Part shown: piece after piece, positions 39,648 to 52,669 of the stretch
Layout: the number at the start of each line of letters is the position of its first letter
Numbering within the stretch: the first letter of the stretch is position 1
Assembly: GCA_964016885.1 (NCBI GenBank)
Contig: OZ024758.1
Coordinates: forward strand, 4,092,001-4,156,000
Length of the DNA stretch: 64,000 nucleotides
Source: Eledone cirrhosa
Lineage: Eukaryota
Reading direction: 5' to 3'
Program-made: the position numbers and the translations under genes
The notes under the pieces: generated by a model
Told to the model about the DNA's origin: nothing
What the model saw: the letters and a program-made list of their open reading frames with translations, nothing else
Database searches by the model: none

Positions 39648-40062
39648 TGGTGCAGCTTGGTAAAAGGATAAGAATAGCATAATAAATTAACTGGGAGAGA
39701 CACATTAAAATATATCCAATCTACTACTGTTATAACAAATCACAGCTGCCTGAAGTAATATACATCGACGGGGAAGTTTAAGAGATTATTATCGATTTCC
39801 ACATTTGGCCTAGAGCCAGAAATTTTGGGAGAGATGGGCGTAGTCTATTTCAGCTTTTACAGTTCTTGGTATACGCGGACACTTACTTAATCCGGAAGGA
39901 AGAAAAGGCGAGCATTGGAACAGGATGAAGTATACACTAAGATCGGAAGCGGACGTAACTAAATAGTCCATTGTTTGAAGCACTTCACTGCCCAGATATT
40001 TGAAATGTAATTATTTACTTGTAATATTGATATATCGCCAAATATTGACGAGGATTAATACA

Positions 40063-40300
40063 GTTGTTGTTGTTGTTGTTGTTGTTGTTTAGCTCCAGCT
40101 TACCCCTGATTAAATTTACCTATCATCAAATGTCTTCTAATCTTGTTCACCTGTATATTTTATTCAGACATAGAGTGTATGGAAGTATACCATTCAATAC
40201 ATAGCATTTATGAAAGTACTAATATATATCCAAATATCTTTGAGAGAGATTTGGCTGCTATTTCTAACAAGATGAGTAAATGAACGAATGATCCCTCGTT
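40063..40300. mobile_element. Old interspersed repeat with (GTT)n end; relative at 58470-58625
   Basis: Shared segments atcaaa...ttc and gatttggctgctatttcta / gattggactgctatatata. Confidence 0.5.
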
Positions 40301-41410
40301 CACATAAGATATGTTGATTTTCATATACAGAAATGGTAAAGTTTCCTTGAGCGAAAATTCAGATTTTGATTTTTGAGAGATATGGGGAAAAAAGTAAAAC
40401 TACTTAGTTAAATATAACAGGGCTTAAACTTCAGCATTCCAGACCGAGGATGTTTAAATTCAAGAAATGATTTAAGAATATACCTGATAGTACTTTTGAA
40501 AATAAAACCTTGTATCTTCTGAAACTTCATACAGACATTAATTTCTTTAATTAAAAATCTGCTTATTAAATAAGTATGTGAAATATCATCAGAAACCGCT
40601 CCTCAAACAGAACTTAGATGTAGCTACATCCCTTTTCAGGATTATAATTTAATTTCTATTGGCGGCAAGCATCGTGGGATGAAAATTAACTGGAATGAAA
40701 CACCAAGTAGTTTTTGATAACAAGGATTAAGTTTTCTTTGCAATTGATAAGGTCTGTTGAAATTTAAGAAAATTACAAATATCCCACTGGGATCTAAATA
40801 TAAGTCTATTTTCTAAAACTCTTTTGCATCTGGTGGCAATTGAAATTGAGTGTTGCTATTAGTTACGCCATAGATCAACGGGAGATCCTCATTAATAAAC
40901 TAATTCATAAATATTTCTTTTATTCAACAGAAAGAAAAATATTATTTCATTTGTTGTTATTATATTAACAAATATAATCAAATATAGGAAAGTGTGTTTG
41001 TAATATTACTCACGACTACATGGCCAGGCACTACATGGGCAGCTAAAAACATGAACAAAATATATGATGCATGCTGTTACCAAGTAATATTCGATTACGA
41101 ATAACGGAAGCATTAATATTGCTGAGTGAAACTTGAAAATATATAAACGATGTCCTCGTAAGAACATACACGAATCTCAGATAGATTCTTTCCCTTTTCT
41201 TCTCCCCTCAATCTCCCTCTCCCTCTCAGCACAAATAACTGTCCAAATCCCTTACACATGACTTATCTCAAGCTATTTTTATTAGTATATGTAAACAACC
41301 AAAGCATGTAGGAAACACACATATTAACATATATTAATATATAAATTAGTAACTCCGACCACTAAAAAAATATTGCACCGTTTGTTGTCTAGAATTAAAT
41401 ATGAAAAAAA

Positions 41411-41590
41411 AAATTGTTTCTATTTTAGGCACAAGGCCAGCACTTACCCAATGCATTACAGGGTACTTTATTTTATCGATCCCGTAAGGATGAAAGGCAA
41501 AGTTAACCTCGGCGGGATTTGAACTTAGATCATAAAGGGACGTAACTCTATGCTTCAAATCATGGTGTCCGACTCTCTACCGATACTGCC
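41411..41590 (-). mobile_element. tRNA-derived SINE (main family)
   Basis: Matches consensus reverse complement. Confidence 0.9.
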
Positions 41591-41797
41591 ATATGGAAAA
41601 AATAATGAAAGCTAAGCACCCAGTCGGAAGAGTCGACATATCAGAAACTTCGGAATTCCTTACAAGATTCACTGAAAAATATATAATTAACACTCTACTC
41701 AAATTTATTGAGTGCTCAAACAATTATTTTTTCAGGTTTCTGTGTACATAAGTATATAATATGCGAAACACAACAACCAACGAATAGTGTGTATCTC

Positions 41798-42257
<460 letters not shown>

Positions 42258-42617
42258 ATTCGTGTATGAAGTAGTGATCTGTGCGTTTATGTAGAATTCA
42301 CATGTACACATTCCTAGAGATTGTTTTGGAATAGTTGGTAACAATCATTTCTAGACAAATAATTTCTGATATAAAGCAGCAATCTCAAACTTCAATGGCT
42401 CTCCGCTAGACTAGAATTAAAAAGAACCTTCTGTATATTAATAATATATTATTGAAACAACAGTCCAGACATCGAAATATACCGTAACGGCTTAGAAACA
42501 TGGTTTGGCATAAGCATTAGGAATGGTGCCAGTAAATATTGATTTTAATCTTCAGCACATGACGACACATTTATATGTAAAAGAAATTAGGTCATGTGAT
42601 GTTAATATATATACCTA

Positions 42618-42745
42618 ATAATGGTTTCTGATTTAGGCACAAGGCCAATAATTTTGGGGCGAGGAACGTCGATTAAATTTACCCCAGTGTATTACTGCTG
42701 TTTTATGTTATCGAGTCCGCAAGGATGAAGGGCAAAGCTTACTGT
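42618..42745 (-). mobile_element. SINE 3' part (long-tail variant)
   Basis: ttaggcacaaggcc...aaggatgaagggcaaag. Confidence 0.75.
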
Positions 42746-43368
42746 AGGCAACCCTTACTAAAATCAGACAGAAATGTTCAATCACAAAATTTAGGCAAGA
42801 AAAGCAATATAGAAGATGAAGAAACGACGATTTTTGTCTTCATATATTTATTCGATATTGTTAGTTTTGAAGTGTAATTAAATACATTCAGTTGGGATTT
42901 AAAGCCAGTTTGTAGACATTGTAGGGGGTAGATATTTACTTCATACACTAATTTGCTGATAAAAAATGTTTCTCTTGCATATGCCTCTGCAAGTGAAGGA
43001 ATGTGAGATTGTGTGTATTCTACTTATTGAAGGATTAGCTAAGATATAGTAGAGAAATTCTATACCACTTTCGAAAAAGTTAGCGTTTGATGTAGATTCC
43101 CTAGGTTTATATTTTATTACACAACCATCGTTACACCTTGAATGTGTCAGGCTTCCTTAAACTTATATTTCACAAAAACAATTATTTTATATTTGGTAAG
43201 TTAAGTATTGAACAAGCTGGTCTGAAAATTTAACTAAACACAGATATGAAGTTTTGCTCTCAGAATTAATATCTAATAGTATATAATCCGAGATTTAAAG
43301 ATTCCAAAACTACGCTAGCTTCTCATTTTATTAATGTTTATATTTTGTATTTTGTTGTTACTAGGAAA

Positions 43369-43559
43369 ATAATTGTTTCTACTTTTGGCACAAGGCCAGC
43401 AAAAACCCAATACATTACAGGGTACTTTATTTCATCGACCCCGTAAGGATGAAAGGCTAAGTTAACCTCGGCGGGATTTGAACTCAGAACGTAAAGGGCC
43501 ATAACTATGCTGCAAAGCATGGTGTCTGATGCTCTACCGATACTGTCAAACCACCGCCC
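43369..43559 (-). mobile_element. tRNA-derived SINE, full length, 11-bp TSD
   Basis: aggaaaataat at 43363-43373 and 43562-43572. Confidence 0.9.
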
Positions 43560-44188
43560 CAAGGAAAATAATACAATTCGCAGAGGCTAGTGGGATGAAA
43601 GAAACTAGATTTTACGTTTAAAATTTTCCAAAGCTGCTAGATGAAAGTTGAATGCAGTTAACTTCAGACAGGAAGTAACATTTCGTTGCAATATTGATCT
43701 GTACTATATCCTACAATCGTCAAAATATATTAAGCACATATTTTTCTTAATAAATTTCATAAACGAATGACTTATTAGAATTATGAATAAATATAGAAAT
43801 ATACAACTCGAATCGAATGTAAAGAACTTCGGCTGGTAATAATTTAGATCATAAATTATTATTTTCTTTTAGGATAGCGCCTGTTGTTGGTGGTGTTTGT
43901 TTATGAGAAAAGTTTTTGATTTTATACTTTCAATCTGAATAAAGCTTTACATATGAAAAAATGATTTACGAAAAAGAGAAAAAAGATTTATGAAACACCA
44001 AAAAGTTAAATTATGCTACACATTATGAAATGAATGAAATTGTATAGCTTTCAGCATGGAATATAAATGCGAATTACTTCATACGTACATACATATATAT
44101 ATATATATGAATGCAAATACCTATAAAGTAGAAAGATAAAGAGGAAGTGGTAGAGTGAGACAGAGAGGGAAAGTGGGAGAGAGAGTGT

Positions 44189-44224
<36 letters not shown>

Positions 44225-44444
44225 AAGAAAGCTAATAACCCATAATGTATTGAATCTAAAACATAATATTTTATATAAAATATAATATAAATGAATAAAC
44301 TATTAGGAAGTAAATACATTTGGGAATTATATAATGAAACAATGCAGCTATCATCTTTTTATGAAATTTAAATCTTGCAGACATTTTTACGAATGATGAA
44401 AAGTAAATGGTAAAATACTAAGACATATTGCGTATGTATGGGAA

Positions 44445-44890
44445 ATGGGTGTAGGTGTGTTCACGTATGTGTGCGTTTGTGTGTGTGAGAAGTGGGTATC
44501 TGTGTGTCCACCTATGTGTGTGTTTGTGTGTGTGTAAGAGGTGGGTGTCTCTGTGTTCACCTATGTGTGTGTTTGTGTGTGTGAGAGGCGGGTATCTGTG
44601 TGTTCACCTATGTGTGTGTTTGTGTGTGTGAGCGGTGGGTGTCTGTGTATTCACCTATGTGTGTGTTTGTGTGTGTGTGCAAGTGGGTGTCTATGTGTTC
44701 ACGTATGTGTGTGTGAGCGGTGGGTGTGCGAGGTGGGTGTGCGAGGTGGGTGTCTGTGTTCACGTATATGTGTGGCTGTGTATATGTAAGAGGCGGGTGT
44801 CTGTGTGTTCACGCGTGTCTGTGTTTGTGTGTTTTGCGTGTGTCTGTGTGTACCCCTGTGTGTATGTATGTGTGTGTGTGTGGTAGGTGT
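44445..44890. repeat. GT-rich minisatellite, about 46-50-bp unit
   Basis: Unit gtgggtgtctgtgtgttcacctatgtgtgtgtttgtgtgtgtgaga. Confidence 0.85.
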
Positions 44891-45043
44891 CTATTGTGAA
44901 AGCGTGTGTGTGTGAAATGTTTGGTGGGTGTCTAAATGTGCACGCGTGTGTCTATGCGTGTGTGTACGTATGTGTGTCTGTGTGCTTATGGCTGTGTTTG
45001 ATTATATTTTGACGTGTATGCAAAACGAAAGGACTAACACAAT

Positions 45044-45125
<82 letters not shown>

Positions 45126-45145
45126 GATATACATATATATATATA

Positions 45146-45336
45146 GACACAAGGCCATCAATTTTGAGGGAGGGGAAAGTCGATTAAATCGACCCCAGTG
45201 CATTACTGGTGCTTTATTTTATTGACCCCGTAAGGATGAAAGGCAAAGTTAACCTCGGCGGGATCTGAACTCAGATCATAAAAGGCCGTAACTCTATGCT
45301 GCAAAGAATAGCGACTGACTCTCTACCGATACTGCC
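45146..45336 (-). mobile_element. tRNA-derived SINE (long-tail variant)
   Basis: Matches consensus reverse complement. Confidence 0.9.
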
Positions 45337-45482
45337 ATATATTTACAAAGCTATATATTTACTGCCATATATTTACAAATTCTTCACAGAATTATATTTT
45401 ACCCCGAAGATTTGTGGCAGCATCACCTAATCTATAAAGAAAAAGGCAATCTCGTGTCCAGTTTCGAGCTCGGGACTCATAA

Positions 45483-45810
45483 CTTACCTGCCAACCTCTA
45501 AAAACTCAAATGGGAAGAACCATGAAAAAAGGTGGCCTCAAACAGAGAGAAATGAGCCAAAATGGGGAGATGTTACATAATGAAAGCTATACCCATTTTC
45601 ACAAGAGATCTCTCACCCACCCTAAAAAATTGGGTAGGAGATCTTGACAGCACTGACATTATTCGATAACATATTAAAATACAGTACACATTGAAGACTA
45701 TGTTTGCAGATATACTATGTAGATGACAAGACGGGAGATGTAAGGCCAGGCTACCATTGGAGTGGTGAGAGATCTCCCCGTCCGTCGGACGGGGAGAGTT
45801 GACATCTCTG
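45483..45810. mobile_element. MITE (same family as 29310) with perfect 6-bp TSD and an internal extra segment
   Basis: TIR cttacctgccaac / gttgacatctctg; tcataa at 45477-45482 and 45811-45816. Confidence 0.7.
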
Positions 45811-46157
45811 TCATAAATTGATTGCTTTATAAAATGATTGAAGGGCAAAATTCTGTAATCAAGTATTGTGCTATATGTAAATATCTTTCTATTGTTTTTT
45901 TGATTTGCACATATGAATATTTCAGGTGAACAAGACTAGGGTCATCGAAGGTGAATCAATGCTAGGTAGGGCACGTGTCCCACTTATGGTGTTATGTTTA
46001 TCGTATAAATATTAGTTTTGTGTTGTGACCTTTTAGGAGTGAACATATGTCATCAATTTCTATGGATATTGATCGATTAAGTTATGGCCAAGTTTCTATG
46101 AATCTACTGAAAACCTTCAATAAGATGCTCTAACATAGCCACGATACAATGGTTTAA

Positions 46158-46366
46158 TCCTTTTGCATTTAAACCGGCCATATCCGGCCAGAATTCCCTC
46201 AACTCTTTTTTTTTCAAACAGGCCATAACCAGCTGTTCATAGTGATGTTACGGTATTGTTCTCAAAATAAATAATATCAAAATCTCATAGATTCGATATT
46301 ATGTAAGGTAAAGCTTTTACTATGAAAATATAATAGTAAATACAAAGTAATGTAAATGCTAAAGGG
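46158..46366. mobile_element. piggyBac-type MITE (209 bp)
   Basis: TTAA flanks; ends taaatgctaaaggg; reverse-complement homologue of 22754-22961. Confidence 0.85.
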
Positions 46367-46965
46367 TTAAACGAGTAATATAATATACAGCTTGTTTCAC
46401 AGAAATACGTGCACAGTTTTAACACGTCTGTAATCCGAAAGAAAAGCGATGTGACTTTATTACGACTGAAAATTATAGGTTTGGTTGTAAAGTCTGTATC
46501 AGCAATGTTATATAACGAAATAGTTGCTATTTATAGACTGCAACATTTCGCTTACTAAGTAGAGAGCAGCATTTCAGCAAATGTAATTAATTTCAAATAA
46601 TAAAACCAATGCTATTCTTCTTGCTTATATTAATGTTTTTCTTGCTGTTACTTACATTGTTGATATTGTTGTTGTGGCTGTTATATTGTTGATGATGTTG
46701 CTGTTATTGTTACTGCTGCTACTACAACATCAATATATAATTTGTCTACGTAAACTAGGCGATCACATGTATGTTATACAAGATGTTACCCCAAAACAGA
46801 GTATTCAAAGCAGGGTTATTATCCTCCCGCCACTAATACCACTGACAAGATCATAAACATGCGAAACTCCGGAGTAGCAACAAACAATATATACTCTTAA
46901 TATAATTGATATTAAACTCTAAATCTTTTCTCACAGTCGTCAATCACATACACATAATATATATA

Positions 46966-47054
46966 CAGGGTGTCCCAATAAATAAATACACCATTCTAAT
47001 AAATATCGAGTGTAAAAATAATCAAAGTGTGTATACACTTTTTGGGACACGCTG
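46966..47054. mobile_element. Tc1/mariner-type MITE (89 bp)
   Basis: TA flanks; TIR cagggtgtccca / tgggacacgctg. Confidence 0.75.
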
Positions 47055-47074
47055 TACATATACATATATAGAGA

Positions 47075-47222
47075 GAGATCCGAACTGAGTTCGGATCTAG
47101 CTGTCGAAATGTCATGAGGTCACCAGTCGGGGTCCTGAATCTTTTCATATCACCCACTCTACTACTCCAAGTATCGAGTACTCTGGTGGATTATGGTCCA
47201 GCTGGTTTTTACCACACCCTAT
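47075..47222 (+). mobile_element. Family C element (diverged), small fold-back at 5' end
   Basis: agatccgaact-g-agttcggatct hairpin followed by gtcgaaat...gtcggggtc and family C tail. Confidence 0.7.
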
Positions 47223-47385
47223 CTACAGGACTAGAGCTGTTTCTTTCGGGAGAAATCATCAGGCAGGCCTGATGATTTATCCCCAATGAAATAGTTCTAG
47301 TCCTGTACAAGCCATTTCTTTATTAAATATTTATACTCTGCTATGTATTGAGTACCTTACTTACTGTAGTTAGCCACGATTGAAC

Positions 47386-47389
<4 letters not shown>
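47223..47389. mobile_element. Family B fold-back element with hammerhead cores on both strands
   Basis: tcatcag 47256-47262 and ctgatga 47269-47275; minus arm CUGAUGA UUUCUCCCGAAA GAAACAG CUCUAGUC CUGUA. Confidence 0.8.
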
Positions 47390-47449
<60 letters not shown>

Positions 47450-48329
47450 CAGTATGTGCTATCAAATTTATTACAATATGTGCTATCATATTTACCACAA
47501 TAGTCAAGCTATGCCATAAATGGTTTAACACCCTTTCATCAAAGTTTAGAGGTTATTTTAACGTGTAATGACATCTCCAGCAAGATATAAAATCATTTCC
47601 CCTTATTTATATATAAGCTATTATTGTACAAAAGACATTTTTTAATGAATACACATTTTCCTCCGCTCAATATGGTTTAATATTATAGCTTTCCTTTCTT
47701 TCATCTGTCAAATACATACCAAACATATACACTTTATTATCCGCTTTGATTTTTCACTTTTATTTTCTATTTGTGTAATAAACAAAGAACGTTTCTTTAT
47801 TCAATGAAGAAAAAAATTACATTTGTATTTCAAAGTTGTCTGTGAAAGAAACGCATGGAAATAGAATTAACCGCTGATTTATATTCCATGCGGAAACACA
47901 TCCTTTATTTAATGAGAGGTAATATGTGTTACGCTTGAAAGCAATTCCACATATTATATCTTATCTTTGAGCTTATGGGAAAATATATTTTATGAATAGG
48001 TTGAGAAATTGAACCATACTTCATGAGCTTAGCTATCTTCCTTCCGATGTGTATGAACCACTTTTGCCTTTACACACAACCTTTATTTGTTTCATATTTG
48101 GAAACAGTTGATTTATCAATGCAGTATATACATACTATTATAAACATAAATGAACGAAGATCTTCTTCCAAACAATGGAGGCCTATAAAGATATGCATTT
48201 GCATACATAATTGAATATGTTTATATATACACAAACACACATATATGCAACCTCACACACACAGATACAACAGCCACACATTGACGTAATTACATGTTTG
48301 CACCTTTGATCTTGCTGACACACACACAC

Positions 48330-48410
<81 letters not shown>

Positions 48411-48694
48411 TATATATATATATTTATATATATATATATTTATATATATACACTTATGGTTCCAGCTGTTTGTGATAACGTTGTTACGATTCAATGTGGT
48501 CTTGAAGAGATGGTTTCATCAAGATTAGTTGGTAAATACCTTAGTGTTTGTGGTGTATATAATATATATATATATTATATAGTATGGTATGCTCTTGTGT
48601 AACTCCTGATAGAGACTCAGGGGCGCTGTATTGACATACAGCGTTTCTTTGACATTTAAAACCTGTTGAAGCCCATCCTTCTCCATGCTTTATA

Positions 48695-48762
<68 letters not shown>

Positions 48763-49514
48763 ATAACGAGGCATCAGTAATGCATCAAAGCACAATTTAT
48801 TAACATATTACATATGTTTCTCTGACGATCAGCTCAAGGCTGGATCAGTTACAGATCGAACCTAACTCTGCATTCGCAAATTCCGCAGACATGTTTTGCG
48901 TTTTCAAAGCATTCCATCCGATATATATATATATGATTTTGAGAGAGAGTGCTTTGCTGGACATCAGCTGAAATATGTGTTACAACCCTGGTAGAATAAG
49001 ATCTGCATTATTTGAAAGAAGAATTCCCGGAGTTATTGTATGAATCCAATTAGTATAAATTCCATCCTATAGACCATTCCTCCAGAATTAATTAAGTCCA
49101 CTGAGATGCATGATGTTTTTACAATGTCTCTTACAATGTTTAGGTGTCCCGAGAATCTATACAATGACAATTACTCTAAATATTCATGATTGACAGACGA
49201 ACGCCTAAGTATTTCGTTAACAATTGATCCATCAATGTTACAAGGCATTCGTCCTGTAAGAAATGTTAAACCTTCCTACATCGCAAACTTAATCGTCGTT
49301 AGATGTGTGCATTGTACAATACATTCACGGAAATACAAACAAAGGTTATGGGCATGGCAGAGAGGCATTCGGCTGTTAAGATATCCAGTTACAGAAATTC
49401 AGGTATACCAACTACAACACATTCATAATGTGTCCATAGCTTATTATCTATGGATATGATTAAATATAGTTACTTTTCAGAACGTCACACGTTTAAAATT
49501 GTGTCGCTACTCAG

Positions 49515-49775
49515 ATCATCATTATCATTTTACGTCCACTTTTCCCAGCACATCATCTCTCCATTCGTCATCTTCTCTGTGAGCTTCAGCGATCTGAGGT
49601 CAGCTCTCACAACCCCTCACCATGTTTTCCGTGGTCTTCCTCTACTGCGTCTTCCTTCCGCTAGTATTACTTGGCATATCTTCACTCAGTGGTCATCATT
49701 CATGCATATCGTAAGAACATACCAACGTAGCCTTCTTACCAGCACATTACAACTCCCATCCATCGAAGCATGCTG
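49515..49775 (-). mobile_element. RTE-clade LINE 3' end
   Basis: Minus frame RRLRWYVLTICMNDDH*VKICQVILAEGRRSRGRPRKTW*GVVRADL; (TGA)-like tail. Confidence 0.85.
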
Positions 49776-49895
49776 ATGTTAGAGCTTTTCAAAGATTAAA
49801 CTAAACACATTGACAGATTTGGCATCGCTGTAAAAGTCTTATTCGGGTAGCATGAGATATATTTGTATTCTTTTATATTATACAAGTATTGTGAT

Positions 49896-50193
49896 GGCGC
49901 GTGGCTTTATGGTTAGGGTGACCGGCTCACAATCGTAACGTGGTGTTCGCTTTACGGCGGCGCATTGTGTCCTTGAGCAAGACACTTTTTTATAGGTTGC
50001 TCCAGTCCACGCAGCTGGTAAAAATGAGTTGTAGTTGAAACTCGAAGGGCTAGCATTGTCATGTTCTGTGTCACACTGAATCTTCCTGAGAAATACATAA
50101 AGTGTATGCGTGTCTGTGGAATACTCAGACACTTCCATGTTAATTTCACAAGTAGGCTCTTCTGTTGATCGACGTCGTAACCGACGGAGAGCC
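49896..50193 (+). mobile_element. Second tRNA-derived SINE family, near full length
   Basis: ggcgcgtggctttatggttagggtg head; tgtgtccttgagcaagacact; ends gtcgtaaccgacggagagcc. Confidence 0.8.
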
Positions 50194-51099
50194 TCGTACA
50201 TACAACTAGTATTGTTCAACATATTTTTTATAAACATTTATTTACATTTGTTGGATTCAGAGTTTACATGTGTTATCATCGCTGTCTAATTTACAATGAG
50301 CAGGTTAAATACTGTTTAGCACAGAGCAAATACCACTATTTATAGAACCACATTCAAATACGTTGACGGTAATTTTTCTCGAAATTTTTATTTGCGCTCG
50401 TCAGATATTTATGGTAGCCATCTGCGAAAAATAAAATCATTGATTCATCAAATAGGATAACATGGGAACAAATTGAATTACTTTGTTTCTTTGTACACTC
50501 AAAGAAATTGCTTTCCGTCAAATATGTTTAGTTTTACTTCGTTCTGTGCAACATAAGCAGAGATAAGTGTTCCAGTTTCTTATAGAAATGTTTTAATGGC
50601 GTGTCTAGATAAATTTCTTCCATCGCTTGTCGTGTAAGTATTTCATAACAAAGAGATGGTTTTCTGCATGTCACTAGAGAGTATTTTTATGAACCTCTAC
50701 TTATCTTTTAACCCCCCAGTCATATTGCCTACTGAATCTAATTAGTTTTTATGACTATTGTCTCTTTGGATTTTATATTGATGCACTGTTCGATATGTGG
50801 TGATATTTCTTTTTTTTTTTTTTTTTGTTGCAGTCTATGGATGCAGTCAAGGGAAATGTTAGAATGGTAAGTAAAAAACAAAACACTTGATGTAGAATAT
50901 TACAAAATATGACTACGTATATTCTACACGTATTAGATACCAATGGATTAAATTTAAATGAATGAATAATAGACTGGAAACAAAAGGTATACAAGATACA
51001 TATGCTGCTGTTGTTACTGCTAATAATACTACCGCTAAGAACATCAACACCTCCACCTCCACTACTAATATTAATACTACTCCACCTTCCACCAACACC

Positions 51100-51105
51100 T
51101 CCATC

Positions 51106-51137
<32 letters not shown>

Positions 51138-51208
51138 CACTACTACTACTACTACCACCACTACTACTACCACTACTACTACCACTACTACTACTACCAC
51201 TACTACTA
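51100..51208. repeat. (ACT)n/(ACC)n trinucleotide repeat
   Basis: Visible directly. Confidence 0.95.
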
Positions 51209-52278
51209 GTGGTTGTAGTGGCATGCCCTACAAGAGCTCAACTTTCCACAGTATTCACTCGAGTGTCACCGCTTACAGAGGGAAAATAGAGAGCAACCAT
51301 CGAGGGTCGAGCAGTTGGTGCTGTTGTTGTTTTTATGGTATTAATACTTTTCATGGCAATTACTTTAGTTCGAGGATGGCGGTTTGGGGGCTAGAGAGGT
51401 TGATTTGGGTTGCCTTTATTTTGTTTTGTTTGTGGTTTGGTAATAATCGCCCCGGTGTATTTGTTTGGTGCCATCTGGTGGTGGATATAGTAGATGTACT
51501 AGATGTGACTTTGTTATTGGCGTTGATGTTGATGATGTTAGAGACGTGGCTGTGTTTGGTGCCATCTGGTGGTGGATCTAGTAGATGTACTAGATGTAAT
51601 TTTGTTGGTGGTGCTGATGGTGGTGATGTTAGGGAAGTGTCTATGATTGGTGCGGGCCTTACCTTCGTGATGATTTCGCGAGTGTGTGATGTATTAAGAG
51701 AAATGATTTTATGTCTCAATTTACGGAGGGCATTTTCATCCTACTCACCACAAGATAAATAGGATTTCCCGACGGAAGAATTATACTCTGATGAGGGTAT
51801 GATGCGTATAAAATAAATTCACTCCAGAATTAAACATAATGGTTCCATTTAAATAGATGCAAAAGTACAAGCAGGAAATTTCAGCTTTCATCATCTACTT
51901 ACGATTGAAAATATACATATTGTTTGATCATAATGTTGTTATTGATTATTTTTCATCCCATTGTCAGCATTGTGTGTATTTTTACTTCTGACATATATAC
52001 GTCATATATAATTCTGTACACCGCCATATATATACACACACACATATATATATATATGGTAGTGTACAGAATTATATATGAAATATATATGTATATTCAT
52101 AAACCCGTGTTGTTCTCTCCATCATATTAAATGAGATTTTTTGCTCTGCTTTTCGCATGGCTCACTATTCTCGCAATCTATATGCATTGAGCACACTAAC
52201 CTTCTCTCCACTGGCTTGTAATCTACAAAACTAATCACGTTTCGCTCTTCCTGATTAGCTTACTTGATTTTTACTCTG

Positions 52279-52340
<62 letters not shown>

Positions 52341-52614
52341 GCGTGTGTGTGTGTATCTTGTTGATGGATGAGAGACAAAAGTACTCAATAGTGAAAAAGA
52401 ATTTAAATATCCGTTCAGTATAGTGAGTGGTATTACTTATGATTTTCAACTGTACACACACATCGAGCTGTCAGACAAATTTATTGTGATGATCTCGTGC
52501 GTCCGCAGGTGAAACGTATTACTTACACATAAAGAATTAACACACACACACACACACAAATATATGTATGTATGTATGTATGTATATTTACACACTTTCG
52601 GATGGCCGTTGACT

Positions 52615-52669
<55 letters not shown>

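Noticed and set aside
51779-51815. CTGATGAG next to a small hairpin
   Set aside because: No correctly placed GAAA, stem III or stem I partner
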